From Azolla caroliniana (lineage: Eukaryota; Plantae; Polypodiophyta): a DNA stretch of 64,000 bases. The stretch spans positions 3,658,001 to 3,722,000 of the forward strand of contig JBHGNT010000013.1 of assembly GCA_043228905.1 (NCBI GenBank), given 5' to 3'. A model generated the notes under the pieces. That model saw only the letters and a list, made by a program, of their open reading frames with translations, was not told where the DNA came from and searched no databases. Below are positions 62,031-64,000 of the stretch, one piece after another. Every line of letters starts with the position of its first letter. Positions within the stretch are counted from its first letter, which is position 1. The translations under genes were made by a program, and so were the position numbers.

Positions 62031-64000
62031 ATGTCTTCAACGAGAATCGAGCGCTAGGACTCCAGGTAGGCCTCTGACCCTATGGACATTTTTGTAAATA
62101 TGTTTTGTCACTCAAGAACTCGATACGACGTATCGAGTTCCTATATAAAATACAAACTTTATACAGCAACTCGATACAGCGTATCGAGTTTCTGTTTGAA
62201 GTTTAGGTTTTTATACAGGAACTCGATATAGCGTATCGAGTTCCTCTTTTTTCTTTGCTTTTTAAACAGGAACTCGATACGGCGTATCGAGTTCCTGTTT
62301 AAAGTTTAGGTTTTTAACAGGAACTCAATACGCCGTATCGAGTTCCTCTTTTTTCTTTGCTTTTTAAACAGGAACTCGATACGGCGTATCGAGTTCCTCT
62401 GTTTTCTTTGCTTTTTAAATAGGAACTCGATACGGCGTATCGAGTTCCAGTGTTATGTAACTCTTTTTTATACAGGAACTCGATACACCGTAACAAGTTC
62501 CTATGTAAATTATGTGTTTGATACACGAACTCGATACCCTCCATCGATTTCATGTACAGAAACAAACTGTATACATGAACAGAATACGGCGTATCGAGTT
62601 CCTGTATAAAAGAAGACCCTGAAGGAGGAATATTGTGTTTTTGGGGCAACAATTTAGTATTGTGAGAGAAGATATCAAACTGTCTATCGAAATCTGTCTT
62701 TTTTATGTCGACTTGCCTTACTTTTAAAAAAAAAGGGGTCTTAATTATAGGGGTTTTATGACCTACTATAGCTTAAAATAGTAGAAAATAACCCACAAAT
62801 TACCTTCACGATACCAATCTCAAGTCTATCATATGCAAATTATCTACAATATGGTTATGGAATCAATATAAGTCATACCTGCCCTTCAAGACAATATATA
62901 ACCTTGTATACTTATTACGATATATATTTCCTAAGTTGAATAGCCCTTACTAGAATAGATTTCTGAATATAGGACTACCATGTACACTAAATGCATGATT
63001 GATATTTATAGTTCACCACAAATCGCCTGCTAGTTTATTTCTTCATCTACTTATTTGTATTTTAATATACAACCTTAATCTACGTGACCACCTAACTTAT
63101 GTTTTCGCATGTCCTTTCTTAAATAGGTCGTTTGAGAACTTTTCGGACTGACCTATGAAGAAGATAAAGCTCTGCATACAGGGTTCTCCAATTGAAACAC
63201 AGACCCTAGTAGCTCCCGAGTCCATGAAGAGAGGAAAAAAGCTTCTTTTCAACAAGGAGTCAAAATCTCAACCACACATTGAGGTTAGCCGAAAGAAACT
63301 TGTAGCAGCTACTGGAGGTGAAGACCTTCCTGACCGTGATCTAACAGACAAGGAATGGTGTATGCAATATGTCGACTCAAAGAAAAAAGTTGTATTGTAT
63401 ACAAGAAAGAAGAAGGAGGAGGGGCAACTTGGAAAGGCAACCCCATTTATGTATGGCTGAATTCTACGATTTGACTACGAAGATGCAGATTCGGCCAACA
63501 TACTTGTAATGATAGAGTGCTCCAAGGGGGTACGTAAAGTGTTCCTTTCAGAAGATCTTCTAGTAAAGGAATCTTGTGGGCCAGAAGCGTTCAAAAAAGA
63601 TCTTGAAAGCTCACAAAACCTTATTGTTACCTTGAGGCCTTATATACAAGGCCATGTAACTCTAAGGGAGGAAGTGCCCTCCCTAGTGAAGGCCACAAAA
63701 AGGGTATCTAAAGTACAATCAAGACCACCAAAGAAGAAGACAACCAAAATGTCGGACTCCGATTCATCAAGTGAAAACGAAGAGGAGGACACTAAGGGGA
63801 CGCCAAGAGCTGAGCTGGCATCGGGTGTGTTGTCATCCGAGCAGAATAAGATAAGGAGAGAGTTAATGCAGCGTAAACTGGTCAAGAAAGGACAAGTGTT
63901 TAATTTGCCTATAACACACATCCATTGGCCCCCTATTGATGAAAAAACAAGACGAAGACCACTTGAGATTAGAGAGCCACACCGCATGCATGTTCAAAAT
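62031..64000 (+). pseudogene. ParB-methyltransferase gene copy C (exon 1 and start of exon 2; runs off the window)
   Basis: ATG 62031, donor CCAG/GTAGG, acceptor at 63127; colinear with 33584-35550. Confidence 0.85.
62115..62603. repeat. Array of 10 palindromes, about 51-bp period, in intron 1 of copy C
   Basis: Units at about 62115, 62164, 62216, 62267, 62318, 62369, 62420, 62473, 62524 and 62574; one unit extends to a perfect 43-bp palindrome at 62261-62303. Confidence 0.93.

Overview
This is eukaryotic, AT-rich DNA made almost entirely of transposons. It looks like a non-seed land plant (inferred from the TE lineages, not proven), and no intact host gene is evident. From left to right: (1) a Ty1/copia element interrupted by a near-complete Ty3/gypsy element (878-8858; 4-bp TSD, tRNA-Trp PBS, -1 slippery site, tRNA-derived Pol III box in each LTR); (2) a Sola2-type DNA transposon (13449-21802; GGG termini, TCTT TSD) carrying a second gene with coiled-coil and RING-H2 domains; (3) a hAT element (40793-45935; 8-bp TSD) that has captured the 3' exons of a DDX11/CHL1 helicase; (4) many copia, gypsy and LINE relics. 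The highlight is a repeated module present three times (A about 26.4-31.7 kb on minus, B 31.7-38.7 kb, C 59.9-64 kb). It holds a six-exon gene for a ParB/Srx-like domain fused to a bacterial-type beta-class N6A/N4C DNA amino-methyltransferase (DIPY...NPYQKP...D(L/I)(F/I)SGTGTT). Intron 1 of that gene carries 7-10 copies of a 29-bp palindrome at about 51-bp spacing (parS-like). In copies B and C the gene lies head-to-head with a Sola1/DUF7869-like transposase. Copies A and B form an inverted repeat with arms of about 5.3 kb. All copies here carry stops or frameshifts. Family calls come from motif recognition by eye, not database searches.
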